IMG/VR virus record: IMGVR_UViG_3300038560_000034
Coordinates: 1 to 51,861 of that record
DNA from: a virus
Lineage: Duplodnaviria; Caudoviricetes
Strand: one strand, 5' to 3'
DNA length: 51,861 nucleotides
In this document: piece by piece, positions 19,663 to 28,636 of the stretch
Layout of the letters: the number at the start of each line of letters is the position of its first letter
Numbering within the stretch: position 1 is the first letter of the stretch
Program-made: the position numbers and the translations under genes
Notes under the pieces: model-generated
Seen by the model: the letters and a program-made list of their open reading frames with translations, nothing else
What the model was told of the DNA's origin: nothing
Database searches by the model: none

Positions 19663-19877
19663 TGGCGGACGAGGTTATTGAGGCGACGTGTTTCGGAGGC
19701 CCAGAGGACGGTATTACGATTCGCTGTCCACGCCGACCGTACACCGTCTTTCAGCGCATGATTCCAGGCACGTTTGCGTTCGAGGAAAGCCTGTACGCAC
19801 TTGAAGTCCTGGAAGATGGCCGCTTTCGGTGGAAGCACCTCTCGACGCATCCCGTAACACACGCGAGTAAAGCGTGA
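19656..19877 (+). CDS. Hypothetical protein
   Basis: FGGPEDG motif seen in small phage proteins; coupled. Confidence 0.6.
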   Translation: MLVADEVIEATCFGGPEDGITIRCPRRPYTVFQRMIPGTFAFEESLYALEVLEDGRFRWKHLSTHPVTHASKA

Positions 19878-20320
19878 GGCCTATCGTCGTTTGGAATCGG
19901 TCCGAGGCAGAGAGTGTGTCACTTGGCTACCCCTACGCGCACATCTCAATTTGCGACTCGCTCGTTGGGGATATGCCAGCAAATATACCGGACAATCCAA
20001 ATCGAGTTGCGCTTTTACGGGTGGAATTCACCGACTGCCCCACGGCTGGCCCCGATGAAGCGCCGACGTATATCTTGCCTGATTATCCCATTGACCCGCC
20101 AACGCTTGAGCAATGCAAAGAGATTGTCGCATTCGTTCGCGAGTGGGGCGATAAGGTAGAAGGCTTCGCGATTAACTGCGCTGGCGGTCAATCACGAAGT
20201 ACGGCAACCGCCGAGATGGTGAACACACTTTTTAATTGCGGTATCGCACTCTTGCCACCGGGTCGGAATTGGGGCCCAAACCGAATGCTTCGCGTTCTTT
20301 ATCGTGAGGCGATTTCGTGA
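19874..20320 (+). CDS. Cys-dependent protein-tyrosine-phosphatase-like protein
   Basis: HISICD, LRVEFTD, CX5R loop INCAGGQSRSTA. Confidence 0.8.
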   Translation: MRPIVVWNRSEAESVSLGYPYAHISICDSLVGDMPANIPDNPNRVALLRVEFTDCPTAGPDEAPTYILPDYPIDPPTLEQCKEIVAFVREWGDKVEGFAINCAGGQSRSTATAEMVNTLFNCGIALLPPGRNWGPNRMLRVLYREAIS

Positions 20321-22383
20321 GCGCTTGGGGTCCTGATTTTAGTGAATTGGGACCGGGAGGCTCTGCTGGAAATTGGCTCGGGGGGGCGCCGCCACCTGAT
20401 CAGCGGCCTCCGCAAAAAGCGAGTCGCCCTGAATCGAAGATGACGAAGTGGGCGCGTAACGTCAACGGCACGCTGAAACGCGAACGCCAGGCGGTCTCCG
20501 ATGAGATGCGGCGCAACACAAACATGGCAAACGGCGGCGCGCCGTTCTGGGGTAAGCGCGATGATTGGAAGATCGGAACGAAGCTCCGGTTCGCCGCCAC
20601 TATCCCGCTTGCATGGACCGCAATTCTGTGCGATGCGAAGCCGAGCGTGTCGTACTCGGCGCTCGACCGCTCGAAACAAAAGCGCGCCGATATTGCAACG
20701 GCGGCGTGGAATCAGGCCTACGAATCGGGCAATTGGGAGAAGCGCATCCACGACGCCGTGCTCGTCAGCCGCGTTCAGAAGAAAGCCTACCTTCGCCTCA
20801 CCTACGACTCCTTAGCGCACGGAGGTCGCGGGCGGCCCAAGCTCACCGTTGTGCTGGGCGAGCAGGTCTGGATGGACCGCAACGCTACGTGCGCCGACGA
20901 TGCCGAAGTGCTGCTCTACGAATATCGTGAGAGCTACGGTTCGCTCTGCGGACGCTTTGAGGACCTGCGCGATCGCCTTTCACAAAAGTACGATCAGCCA
21001 CGACAGGACCGCACAGGAGAAGATCAAGATGTGCTTGCACCGCCTGGCGCTTATTCTCTTGCTGACGTGGTTTCCGGTGGCGGAACGGTCTACACTCCAG
21101 CCTACGCCGCAAGTTCAAATCCACCCGATAGCGCAGGTGGTTCTTCGGGCATCCTGGTTCGCGAATATTGGACCCGACCGCATCGCACGATTGAAGTCGA
21201 AGAGGTTCAGTTTCTCGCAAACGGTGAGCCTGCAACTGAACCGAAGATGTACGACACGATTGACCCACTCGATGAAGAACCACTGCGGCGCGTAACGACC
21301 GAAGGTGGAGTCATCTACGAATTGCCTGAGTCGCTCGTCGCCGCGATGTACGACGCTCAGGACAACGGCGGTCTTCAGATACTGGAAGATCAGCCGGCGC
21401 TTCGGTGTGTGATGCACAAGGTCAAATACCCACTCTATCCCGATGGACGCCTTGTCGTTATTGTGGATGAAGATATCGAAGCGGATGACCGGATGAATCC
21501 GCTGGGCTACTTTCCATTCGCTGAGATCATGGCGAATGCGGCGCTGGATGGAGGCCAGTACGGGCCGAGCGACGTTGACCTCATCTATGACCCGCTCGAA
21601 CAGTTGCTGCGCACTGTCTCGCTTATCTTCGACACGATGAACCTTACCGGAAACCCGGTTGAACGTTATCCCATCGGCGCCGAAATATCAAACGACGATA
21701 TCACGAATGCGCCAGGCGCGATCCGCCGCGAGGACGTGATGAGCTTGCGCTACGCAAAACGCGAGGCGGGCGTTGAGTTGCCGCAGTACATTTTGCCCTA
21801 TGTGAAGTGGCTCGTCGAGCAGATTAAAGAACTCTCGGGGCTTTCCGACGTCATGCTCGGGAAGATGCCGCCCAAGCAGCAAGTCTCAACTGAAACAATG
21901 ACGATGGGGCAAGAGGCGAGCGGCGTGCGTTTCCGGGATGCGCTTGCGAATCTCTCGCAATGTATGCGAACGCTCGGTGCGCAGTACCTCGAACTCATGG
22001 CCCGCTTCTATACGGCTCCGGTCATGGTGCAGATCAAGAACAATGCAGGCGTTCCCGAGCAGACCCCAATGCTCGGTGCGTATCTCACCGACCCCTTCAT
22101 CGTGGAAGCGAAGGCCGGAAGTCGGCAGCCCTCAGGTCCGACTGCGCGGCTCAATACGATCATGCAACTCAAGAGCGCGAACATTCCCTTTGCTCTCCAG
22201 CAAGTCTACGAATTACTCGAAGAAATCGGCGCTATTCCGAGCGCAAGCTCAGCGATGCGGGAAGTCGAGACACTCAAAGCGCAAGGCCCCGCCTCAGCGT
22301 GGAAGCTCATCGGCATTGGAAGTCCAGGTCAGCAAACAAAGAAACCAAACAGCCGTCGCAGTAAAAAGGCAGCTCAGGGTTAA
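20317..22383 (+). CDS. Portal protein (P22-like)
   Basis: 688 aa; YFPF...YGPSDVD...NAPGAI...IKELSGLSDVMLG...ARFYT pattern; synteny. Confidence 0.88.
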   Translation: MSAWGPDFSELGPGGSAGNWLGGAPPPDQRPPQKASRPESKMTKWARNVNGTLKRERQAVSDEMRRNTNMANGGAPFWGKRDDWKIGTKLRFAATIPLAWTAILCDAKPSVSYSALDRSKQKRADIATAAWNQAYESGNWEKRIHDAVLVSRVQKKAYLRLTYDSLAHGGRGRPKLTVVLGEQVWMDRNATCADDAEVLLYEYRESYGSLCGRFEDLRDRLSQKYDQPRQDRTGEDQDVLAPPGAYSLADVVSGGGTVYTPAYAASSNPPDSAGGSSGILVREYWTRPHRTIEVEEVQFLANGEPATEPKMYDTIDPLDEEPLRRVTTEGGVIYELPESLVAAMYDAQDNGGLQILEDQPALRCVMHKVKYPLYPDGRLVVIVDEDIEADDRMNPLGYFPFAEIMANAALDGGQYGPSDVDLIYDPLEQLLRTVSLIFDTMNLTGNPVERYPIGAEISNDDITNAPGAIRREDVMSLRYAKREAGVELPQYILPYVKWLVEQIKELSGLSDVMLGKMPPKQQVSTETMTMGQEASGVRFRDALANLSQCMRTLGAQYLELMARFYTAPVMVQIKNNAGVPEQTPMLGAYLTDPFIVEAKAGSRQPSGPTARLNTIMQLKSANIPFALQQVYELLEEIGAIPSASSAMREVETLKAQGPASAWKLIGIGSPGQQTKKPNSRRSKKAAQG

Positions 22384-22985
22384 TGGCACGTAAACAATGC
22401 GAGCACATTAACCCACCGCTGTCTAAACGTGGTCAATGCGCTATTTGTAAGCGGGCCAGAGAGCGAGTCTACTACAAAGAAACGTATCGTTCAAAGAAGA
22501 TAGATATGGTGATGGATTATGCGTTGAGGCATCCAGATCGTCATAAAACACCAGAAGCCCTTGCCTATTTTAGAAAATGGTCCAAGATGGACCGTAAACG
22601 AAATCCAGAAAAGCACCACAAATATGAAGTCGTGAGGTGGCAGCGTCACAGAGATAAATTAAGAGCTGCTCGTAAAATATGGGTAGAAAAAAACCGCGCA
22701 TACGTTAATGCAAAAGAGCAAGGGCGGCGGCATAATTTACGAGATCAAATTGGAATAACTCAAGCCGAGTGGGAAGCCATTATCGCAAAGCAACGCGGCC
22801 GATGTGCGGAGTGTGGCAATAAAGAAAAGCTAACCCAGGACCACCTAGACCCTAAAAGCAAAGGCGGCGCACACGCGCCCTATAACATTCGCGGCTTATG
22901 TGGTCCGTGTAATTATCGTAAGGGGAGCCACATTCGGCCGGGCACCCAGATGGGGTTGCTTCTGTGTAAGGCTGGCGCGGCGTGA
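22383..22985 (+). CDS. HNH endonuclease
   Basis: CAECG...LTQDHLDP..KGG.H...NIRGLCGPCN; AT-rich relative to flanks. Confidence 0.9.
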   Translation: MARKQCEHINPPLSKRGQCAICKRARERVYYKETYRSKKIDMVMDYALRHPDRHKTPEALAYFRKWSKMDRKRNPEKHHKYEVVRWQRHRDKLRAARKIWVEKNRAYVNAKEQGRRHNLRDQIGITQAEWEAIIAKQRGRCAECGNKEKLTQDHLDPKSKGGAHAPYNIRGLCGPCNYRKGSHIRPGTQMGLLLCKAGAA

Positions 22986-23311
22986 TCGAAGACGCTCTCC
23001 GTAATTTCCCCGAAGGGCGTCAATATGTCTACGCCTACGGTTCCTGGGGGCCGGGCGAGAAAAACCGGACAGGCGGCTCGGGGATCAATATGATGGTGAT
23101 TACGTGGCTGCGGCGCTGGGCAGAGCGAGCGATGGGGCCTTCGCACATGAAGATCGTGCGCTCGGACGAGGGCACGAAAGTCACCTTGCGCTTTTTGACC
23201 GAATCTGGGATATACGAAGTTGACGTGAAGGAATTAAATGCGCTGCGTAAACGCAAGGTAAAGCCTCCGCAATTGCGCGAGGCCATTCTTTTGCTGTGCG
23301 AGACGCTGTGA
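22982..23311 (+). CDS. Hypothetical protein
   Basis: GTGA-coupled. Confidence 0.6.
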   Translation: MIEDALRNFPEGRQYVYAYGSWGPGEKNRTGGSGINMMVITWLRRWAERAMGPSHMKIVRSDEGTKVTLRFLTESGIYEVDVKELNALRKRKVKPPQLREAILLLCETL

Positions 23312-23502
23312 AGGATTATGTCCCCGACGCTCTGCTTATCCAAGATCGCATTCAACTCGGCGACCATGAACGACGCTTGCGCGTCTTAGAAGGGGTCAAC
23401 ACATGGAGCCTTCTGACAATCGCCTTTCTGATTGTGCTGCAATGGTTTGGCATCGGGAGTTTAGCCAACTTGTTGAAGCTGCTCGGGGGACACAACCCGT
23501 GA
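23308..23502 (+). CDS. Small membrane protein (XhlA/holin-like)
   Basis: DHERRLRVLE followed by a TM helix; upstream of the endolysin. Confidence 0.55.
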   Translation: MKDYVPDALLIQDRIQLGDHERRLRVLEGVNTWSLLTIAFLIVLQWFGIGSLANLLKLLGGHNP

Positions 23503-23702
23503 ACGATGCTGGGCTCTCGTACGGTGAGGTGTACGCGATTCGCGACCGCCTCAAAGACAACGCAAACGTCGAGGTGCTGTCCGAATCAGGCGCTCGAACG
23601 AGATTCATGTGCTCGTCAACTCTAAAATGACAACCGCTTTGGAGAAAATCGGGAACCTTGAAGAGGCGCTCGCGCAAGCTGAGTCCCAGGGTGGAGCGCA
23701 CG

Positions 23703-24215
23703 ATGCTGTGGGGGATTAGTGGAGCGCCGATCAATGTCTCTCTCAAATACGCTGCGCCGATTCAAGACGTTGCCGACGCGACGAGTTTCTGGCCGCTCTT
23801 TCTCTACGCAATAGCGTACCGCGAAAGCATTAGTGGCGAGATTGCGGGATTGTGGCCGAGCGCCCTTACCATCGTTGCACCGGATAATGGGCGCGGACTC
23901 TGTCAAGTAACTCCCGCGCCGTGGTGGTCCGACGATATGAACGAGGCGTGGGAGAAGATCGACTGGACGAACCCAAACCAAAACGCGGCCTATGCCGTCA
24001 TGTGGTTTCTTCAACCCGCCGTCGAGTATTGGCAGCCCCTTGGAAACGAAGGCACGGTCCTCATCAAGCTCGTCGCGGCTGAGTACAACGCCGGGCGCGA
24101 GAAGGTCATCGCGGCCCATGCTAAAGGTGATGTTGATCTTGCCACAACGAACGGTTACGCAGCCGCCGTCCTGGGCATCTATGCTAATTTACTCGAACGC
24201 GGAGTTCCATCGTGA
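23703..24215 (+). CDS. Endolysin, SLT-type lytic transglycosylase
   Basis: AIAYRES (catalytic Glu), GRGLCQV, AEYNAG; GGAG RBS. Confidence 0.85.
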   Translation: MLWGISGAPINVSLKYAAPIQDVADATSFWPLFLYAIAYRESISGEIAGLWPSALTIVAPDNGRGLCQVTPAPWWSDDMNEAWEKIDWTNPNQNAAYAVMWFLQPAVEYWQPLGNEGTVLIKLVAAEYNAGREKVIAAHAKGDVDLATTNGYAAAVLGIYANLLERGVPS

Positions 24216-24508
24216 AGCTCTCGCGTCTTGATTGGGTAGCCGCGGCGTCGTATATTGCAGGTGGCGGTCTCGCGGCAACGGCCGTCGCCATCGCGACGTT
24301 CGCGCCGCATTATCAAGTGCAAGTGCTCGCAGGTTCTGCAATCCTTGTCGGGGTCGCTGGACTCATCGTGAGGCTCGTAGGCAACCCGACACCAACAAAC
24401 TCTGCCCAGGTATTCGACCGGACAACAGGCTCAATGGTCGAAGTAAAGACCGTAGCCACGCCAAGCGCCACTCCGGCGCTTCCTCCAACATACACCGAGC
24501 CAAAATGA
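24212..24508 (+). CDS. Putative holin
   Basis: Two TM helices; coupled directly after the endolysin. Confidence 0.6.
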   Translation: MKLSRLDWVAAASYIAGGGLAATAVAIATFAPHYQVQVLAGSAILVGVAGLIVRLVGNPTPTNSAQVFDRTTGSMVEVKTVATPSATPALPPTYTEPK

Positions 24509-24657
24509 TTCTCGGCACAAAACTTGGCTCGGTGCTTCTCTATATCTTGACATCGCTTCCGTCGTTGCTCGGGTGGCACATCGGACCCAAGCCGCATCCG
24601 ACTCCAACCACGACAGCGACTCCACATATTGCGGCCTTGCCGCAGAAAGCAGACTGA
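24505..24657 (+). CDS. Small hydrophobic/Pro-Thr-rich protein
   Basis: ATGA overlap; lysis block. Confidence 0.45.
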   Translation: MILGTKLGSVLLYILTSLPSLLGWHIGPKPHPTPTTTATPHIAALPQKAD

Positions 24658-24658
24658 T

Positions 24659-24958
24659 ATGGCCAGCGCCATTGTAAAAGACCTCCTCGACGCGGGAATC
24701 GCCGCCGTGCAAAGCCCCGAGGGTCAAGCCGACCTTACCGCTCTCGTGACCGCAGGCGAAGGTGCAATCGTCCCAGCCCTTACGAAGGCGCTCTCAGGTC
24801 TTCCGAAGCCGGGCGGCATTGCCGGCATCGTGCTTCCGGCGATCGAAAGCGCTGTATCGAGCGAAGTGACGGCCGTCGTTGCGAAGTATTCGGCATCCGA
24901 CATCGTCGCGTTCCTGACGACCGAAACCGTGAATGAACTGAAGGCGCTCGGCGGCTAG
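24659..24958 (+). CDS. Hypothetical protein (lysis block)
   Basis: Ala-rich amphipathic ORF. Confidence 0.6.
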   Translation: MASAIVKDLLDAGIAAVQSPEGQADLTALVTAGEGAIVPALTKALSGLPKPGGIAGIVLPAIESAVSSEVTAVVAKYSASDIVAFLTTETVNELKALGG

Positions 24959-25005
24959 GTCTCTTCCGAACACTAGAGGCGCGTGAAGCGGGGTACAATG
25001 GGGAC

Positions 25006-25275
25006 ATGAGCGATCTTGATCCCCTTGACCAACTTCGCCACGCATACCATCGCCTTCAGGAGGCCCGCCACGCTATGAGCGTTTCCCAATCGCAATTCGA
25101 TACCGACCTTGCTACCCTCGTCGCAGCCGTAACCGCCTATGAAACCGCTGTCGCGACCTACGTTGCCGCAGTCGGCACGGCAGCCCCGAATCTTGCTACC
25201 GAGGATGCATCCGTGCAGAACGCAACGACTACCCTCGCCACAGCACAAACGGCGCTCACGGCCGCGAAGCCGTAA
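25006..25275 (+). CDS. Ala/Thr-rich coiled-coil protein (alternative start 25075)
   Basis: TACAAT 6 nt before 25006; GGAGG before 25075. Confidence 0.6.
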   Translation: MSDLDPLDQLRHAYHRLQEARHAMSVSQSQFDTDLATLVAAVTAYETAVATYVAAVGTAAPNLATEDASVQNATTTLATAQTALTAAKP

Positions 25276-25424
25276 TGGTATTCCTATTTTGGGTCATCAT
25301 TGTCGTCTGGGTGATCTTCGGATTCGTGGGAACCCGCGTTCCAACACTTGCTCCGTATGGGTGGTGGCCTGGACTTATTCTGTTCATCATCCTCGGCTTC
25401 AAGCTGTTTGGTTTCCCGCACTAA
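25275..25424 (+). CDS. 49-aa two-TM membrane peptide (not in ORF track)
   Basis: TAATG overlap; MVFLFWVIIVVWVIFGFVG...LILFIILGFKLFGFPH. Confidence 0.65.
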   Translation: MVFLFWVIIVVWVIFGFVGTRVPTLAPYGWWPGLILFIILGFKLFGFPH

Positions 25425-25495
25425 CATACCGACTTGACCCTCGTCCCAAAAAGACGTACATGCCATTTCAGGATGCGCGTCGAGTTTAGAATGCA

Positions 25496-25987
25496 GTGAG
25501 CGTCGGTTTACCGCCTAGGCCGCCCGGGCCGGGAGGCGCTGTAGCGGCACCTCCACGGCCGATACCGGGACAGGCTCCTGGGGCGCCACCCCCGCCACCG
25601 CCTGCGGCTCCGCCGCCTCCACCGATGACTCCGGGTCCGCCCGTGGGTGGGCTCGGCGCGCAATCCCCACTCGGTGCGGACCTCGTTGACCTCTCGCATC
25701 ACATGTCGTCGTCGTGGCAGCAAATTGATCTTGCGACCCGTTGCATCAAGAAAGCTATTATCGGGTCTGACTTCCAAAAGAAGCCAAAAATCGTTGCGGT
25801 TCTTAATGCCACACTGGGAACCCTTAATCAACTTTTGACCGCCTATAATACTGGAAAGGCGAGTGGCGGGACAACCGATCTTGCGTCAACGTCAGAGTCC
25901 CTAGCTAGCGCTGGTGCTACTTCCTCGGACGCAGACTCTCAGCCAGCATCGGAAACAACCGACGAAGGTGATGGCGATGCGGAATAA
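25496..25987 (+). CDS. Pro-rich hypothetical head-region protein
   Basis: Pro-rich N-terminus, helical middle, acidic tail; between portal and scaffold. Confidence 0.65.
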   Translation: MSVGLPPRPPGPGGAVAAPPRPIPGQAPGAPPPPPPAAPPPPPMTPGPPVGGLGAQSPLGADLVDLSHHMSSSWQQIDLATRCIKKAIIGSDFQKKPKIVAVLNATLGTLNQLLTAYNTGKASGGTTDLASTSESLASAGATSSDADSQPASETTDEGDGDAE

Positions 25988-26726
25988 GGCCGAGACGTAC
26001 AACGGAGAGCCTTGCGCGAAATGTGGAAGCACGGAACGCGCTATACTGACGAACAAGTGTCGCCCATGCCGATTGGCAACGTGTGCTAAGTACGCTCGAA
26101 AACTTCGATCAATCGACAAAGAAAAGGTTAATGCGTCTGCTCGGGCTTGGCGGAAGAAAGACAGGGACGCAAACCCCGACAAATACTATTCTCGATACAA
26201 GACCTGGGCGGACGCGAACCGAGATAAAAAGCGCGCCAATCAGAAGAATTGGGAAATTCGTCACCCAGAAAAGAAGCGCGCCCTAGACGTAAGGCGGCTA
26301 AAATCTCATCCAGAGTACGTTTTTCTAATGAGGCGCAGAAGGCGCGCCTATGTCAGGCAGTCGTATAAAGACGGCTCCGCTTCGCAAGCGTTCTTTCAAG
26401 TGCTCTATGCGGCAAAAAACTGTTTCTATTGTTCGGTATCGCTAGATGGACAATACGTCCACGCCGACCACCGGATACCCCTGCGCGCCATTGGTGCGCC
26501 GCACACCGCATGGAATATGGTGCCAGCCTGCTCGCAGTGCAATTACGACAAAAATGACTTGGTATATTTAGAGCAAGTTCAAGCCGTGTTATCAACGACA
26601 GAGGGTGGCGCATGGGCACTCGGCGCTGGGCGTGCATGGGTAGCTTACGTAATGCCACGAATACAGGACGGTCCGCGATCAGCGCGAGTTTTATTTGCGC
26701 GTGAGAAACATAAGATTGCGGCATAA
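25971..26726 (+). CDS. HNH endonuclease
   Basis: CFYC...HADHRIPL...H...NMVPACSQCNYDK. Confidence 0.9.
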   Translation: MAMRNKAETYNGEPCAKCGSTERAILTNKCRPCRLATCAKYARKLRSIDKEKVNASARAWRKKDRDANPDKYYSRYKTWADANRDKKRANQKNWEIRHPEKKRALDVRRLKSHPEYVFLMRRRRRAYVRQSYKDGSASQAFFQVLYAAKNCFYCSVSLDGQYVHADHRIPLRAIGAPHTAWNMVPACSQCNYDKNDLVYLEQVQAVLSTTEGGAWALGAGRAWVAYVMPRIQDGPRSARVLFAREKHKIAA

Positions 26727-26825
26727 GATTTCGCGCTCAACAGCGCGGGGGCGTTCGTATTGTGCGGACGCGATTCGTCTATTACGGGCGAAGAAATATT
26801 GCTGGGGAAGTGAGGTGAATCCATA

Positions 26826-26942
26826 ATGGCAAAGAAGCGGCACAAGAAAGGCCACAAAGGTGGCATGAAAGAGCACATCAAGGCGTTTCGTAAAACGAAG
26901 CACAAAGGTGTCCGTAAAGGCGGGCGCAAGCACAAGAAATAG
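26826..26942 (+). CDS. 38-aa Lys/His/Arg-rich peptide (not in ORF track)
   Basis: GAGGTG RBS; MAKKRHKKGHKGGMKEHIKAFRKTKHKGVRKGGRKHKK. Confidence 0.7.
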   Translation: MAKKRHKKGHKGGMKEHIKAFRKTKHKGVRKGGRKHKK

Positions 26943-27017
26943 CGCCTCCTAACCTGGTTGCCGCGCCGCTGACGTCCATTGGCGGCGCGGCTCCACTTTA
27001 CACACAAGCGAGGAACG

Positions 27018-28385
27018 ATGGCCGAAACACAAGAGAAGTTGCCCTCCGTTCAGGAGCACGCCCAGTCCATTATGGACAAGGTGATTGCCGAACGTGGCAC
27101 TGTCGAGAACGCCGAGGAGGCGCGCGTCGCCGCTGCTGTTCCTGCGTTTAGTACAGGCACGGCTGCGATCGGTAAAGACGGCAAGACCATCGTCCCACGC
27201 AAACAAGCGACGGAACCGGAGTTCGCGGAGAGCCAAGTCGCGCTTCCGGGTGTCGATGGTTCGGAGAAGGTCGAGCCTGAAGCGGCCCCCGTCTCCAAAG
27301 AAGCCCTGCTCGCTGCGCACCAAGAGCGCCTAAAGACGGACGCTGCAACGAAAGCGGGGGCCGTTGCGCCCACCGAGCCCGCAGCGGCGGAGGTCGCAAC
27401 CGGAACCGAAGCTGCGGAAGCTGCGGCGGGCGACATTTGGGCCGAGATCGACGAGTTCACGTTCTCCGACCCGGACCTGGAAGTCGATATTCCGATTCGT
27501 GTGCCAAAGAAGTTCTCCGAAACGGCTAAGCGCGGGTATGGCCGGCGCTCGAAACTCGACAAAGAAATCCGCTTTGCGACGGAGGCGGCGCCCGTGCTTC
27601 GGCAGTTGATCGAAGACGGCACCCTGCACAACGTCATCCCGCTCATCCAATTCGCGCGGGATAATCCCGAATACGGGCAGCTTGTCACGCAGGCATTCGA
27701 GCGCGCGAAGAAAGGCTTGCCGCTCATCGAGCAGGCCAAGATTGAGGCGGCTGCGGCGACGATCACACCGCCTGCACCTGACCCTACCACGCTCGGGCTT
27801 GACGATGACCCCTTCTTCGCCGAGCGTGTTGCGCCGCTGCGCACGCAGATCGAGACACTTCAGCAGCGCCTGGACCGCGAGGATAACGACCGCAAGCAGC
27901 AGACTGCGCGTCAGCAAGAACAGCAGCGTATCAATGAGCAGCGCTCCGCGGAAACGAAGGCTGCGCACGAAGACCTTGCGCGCGCCTATCCGGATCACGT
28001 TCGCCTGGACATGGGCCCGAACGACCCGTTCTTCCGCAAAGCCGTCGAACAGGCGCGTCTTGCGGGCTACGGCATCTACGGCATCCGGGCTGGAATTGTG
28101 TTCGGCGCGCAGGCGGCGATGCAGATTGAAGCCGAGCGCATGGCTGCAACGGGGAGCCCAACGGCCGATGCGCTGCGGCAAGCGGAGAGCCAGCATGGCG
28201 AACTTGCGCGGCGTGAGGCCGCGAGCGCAAGCCGGAAAGTTGCGGCAGGAGCGCCACTCAGGGCAACACCACCGCCACCTCCGCAAGCCCCGTCTACGAT
28301 GAATCCGGATGGCACAATGAAGTCGCCGGGGCAGTATCGGGACGAGATGCTGCGCTACATCGAGGCAACGCAGCAGCCCGCTTAG
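27018..28385 (+). CDS. Capsid scaffolding protein
   Basis: Acidic, Ala-rich, coiled-coil; immediately upstream of MCP; GAGGA RBS. Confidence 0.7.
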   Translation: MAETQEKLPSVQEHAQSIMDKVIAERGTVENAEEARVAAAVPAFSTGTAAIGKDGKTIVPRKQATEPEFAESQVALPGVDGSEKVEPEAAPVSKEALLAAHQERLKTDAATKAGAVAPTEPAAAEVATGTEAAEAAAGDIWAEIDEFTFSDPDLEVDIPIRVPKKFSETAKRGYGRRSKLDKEIRFATEAAPVLRQLIEDGTLHNVIPLIQFARDNPEYGQLVTQAFERAKKGLPLIEQAKIEAAAATITPPAPDPTTLGLDDDPFFAERVAPLRTQIETLQQRLDREDNDRKQQTARQQEQQRINEQRSAETKAAHEDLARAYPDHVRLDMGPNDPFFRKAVEQARLAGYGIYGIRAGIVFGAQAAMQIEAERMAATGSPTADALRQAESQHGELARREAASASRKVAAGAPLRATPPPPPQAPSTMNPDGTMKSPGQYRDEMLRYIEATQQPA

Positions 28386-28440
28386 CCTACAGTAGTGGGT
28401 CAATTTGTAAATCCCTAAGTGACCCACTGCCTTAGCCTAC
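28382..28440. mobile_element. 41-bp MITE-like element/transposon remnant with 9-bp flanking direct repeat
   Basis: TTAGCCTAC [AGTAGTGGGTCA...TGACCCACTGCC] TTAGCCTAC. Confidence 0.55.
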
Positions 28441-28447
28441 TGAATCC

Positions 28448-28476
28448 TTGACAAGTTCGCGGCGACCACTTACATG
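28448..28476 (+). promoter_or_regulatory. Probable capsid-operon promoter
   Basis: Perfect TTGACA, N17, non-canonical TACATG. Confidence 0.5.
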
Positions 28477-28636
28477 ACGACCTAGAAGGCCCAGGCATTA
28501 GGACCCGCCCCTCGCCGCGACCGTAAGCTCCCGGCACTTGAAGAGGGACCGACTCCGAAACCGTAGAGGCGCACCGATTTTGCGTTTCCGTTTTGGAGTA
28601 AGAATGCGACACACAGCGCCCGTGAGGGCCGCGTAG

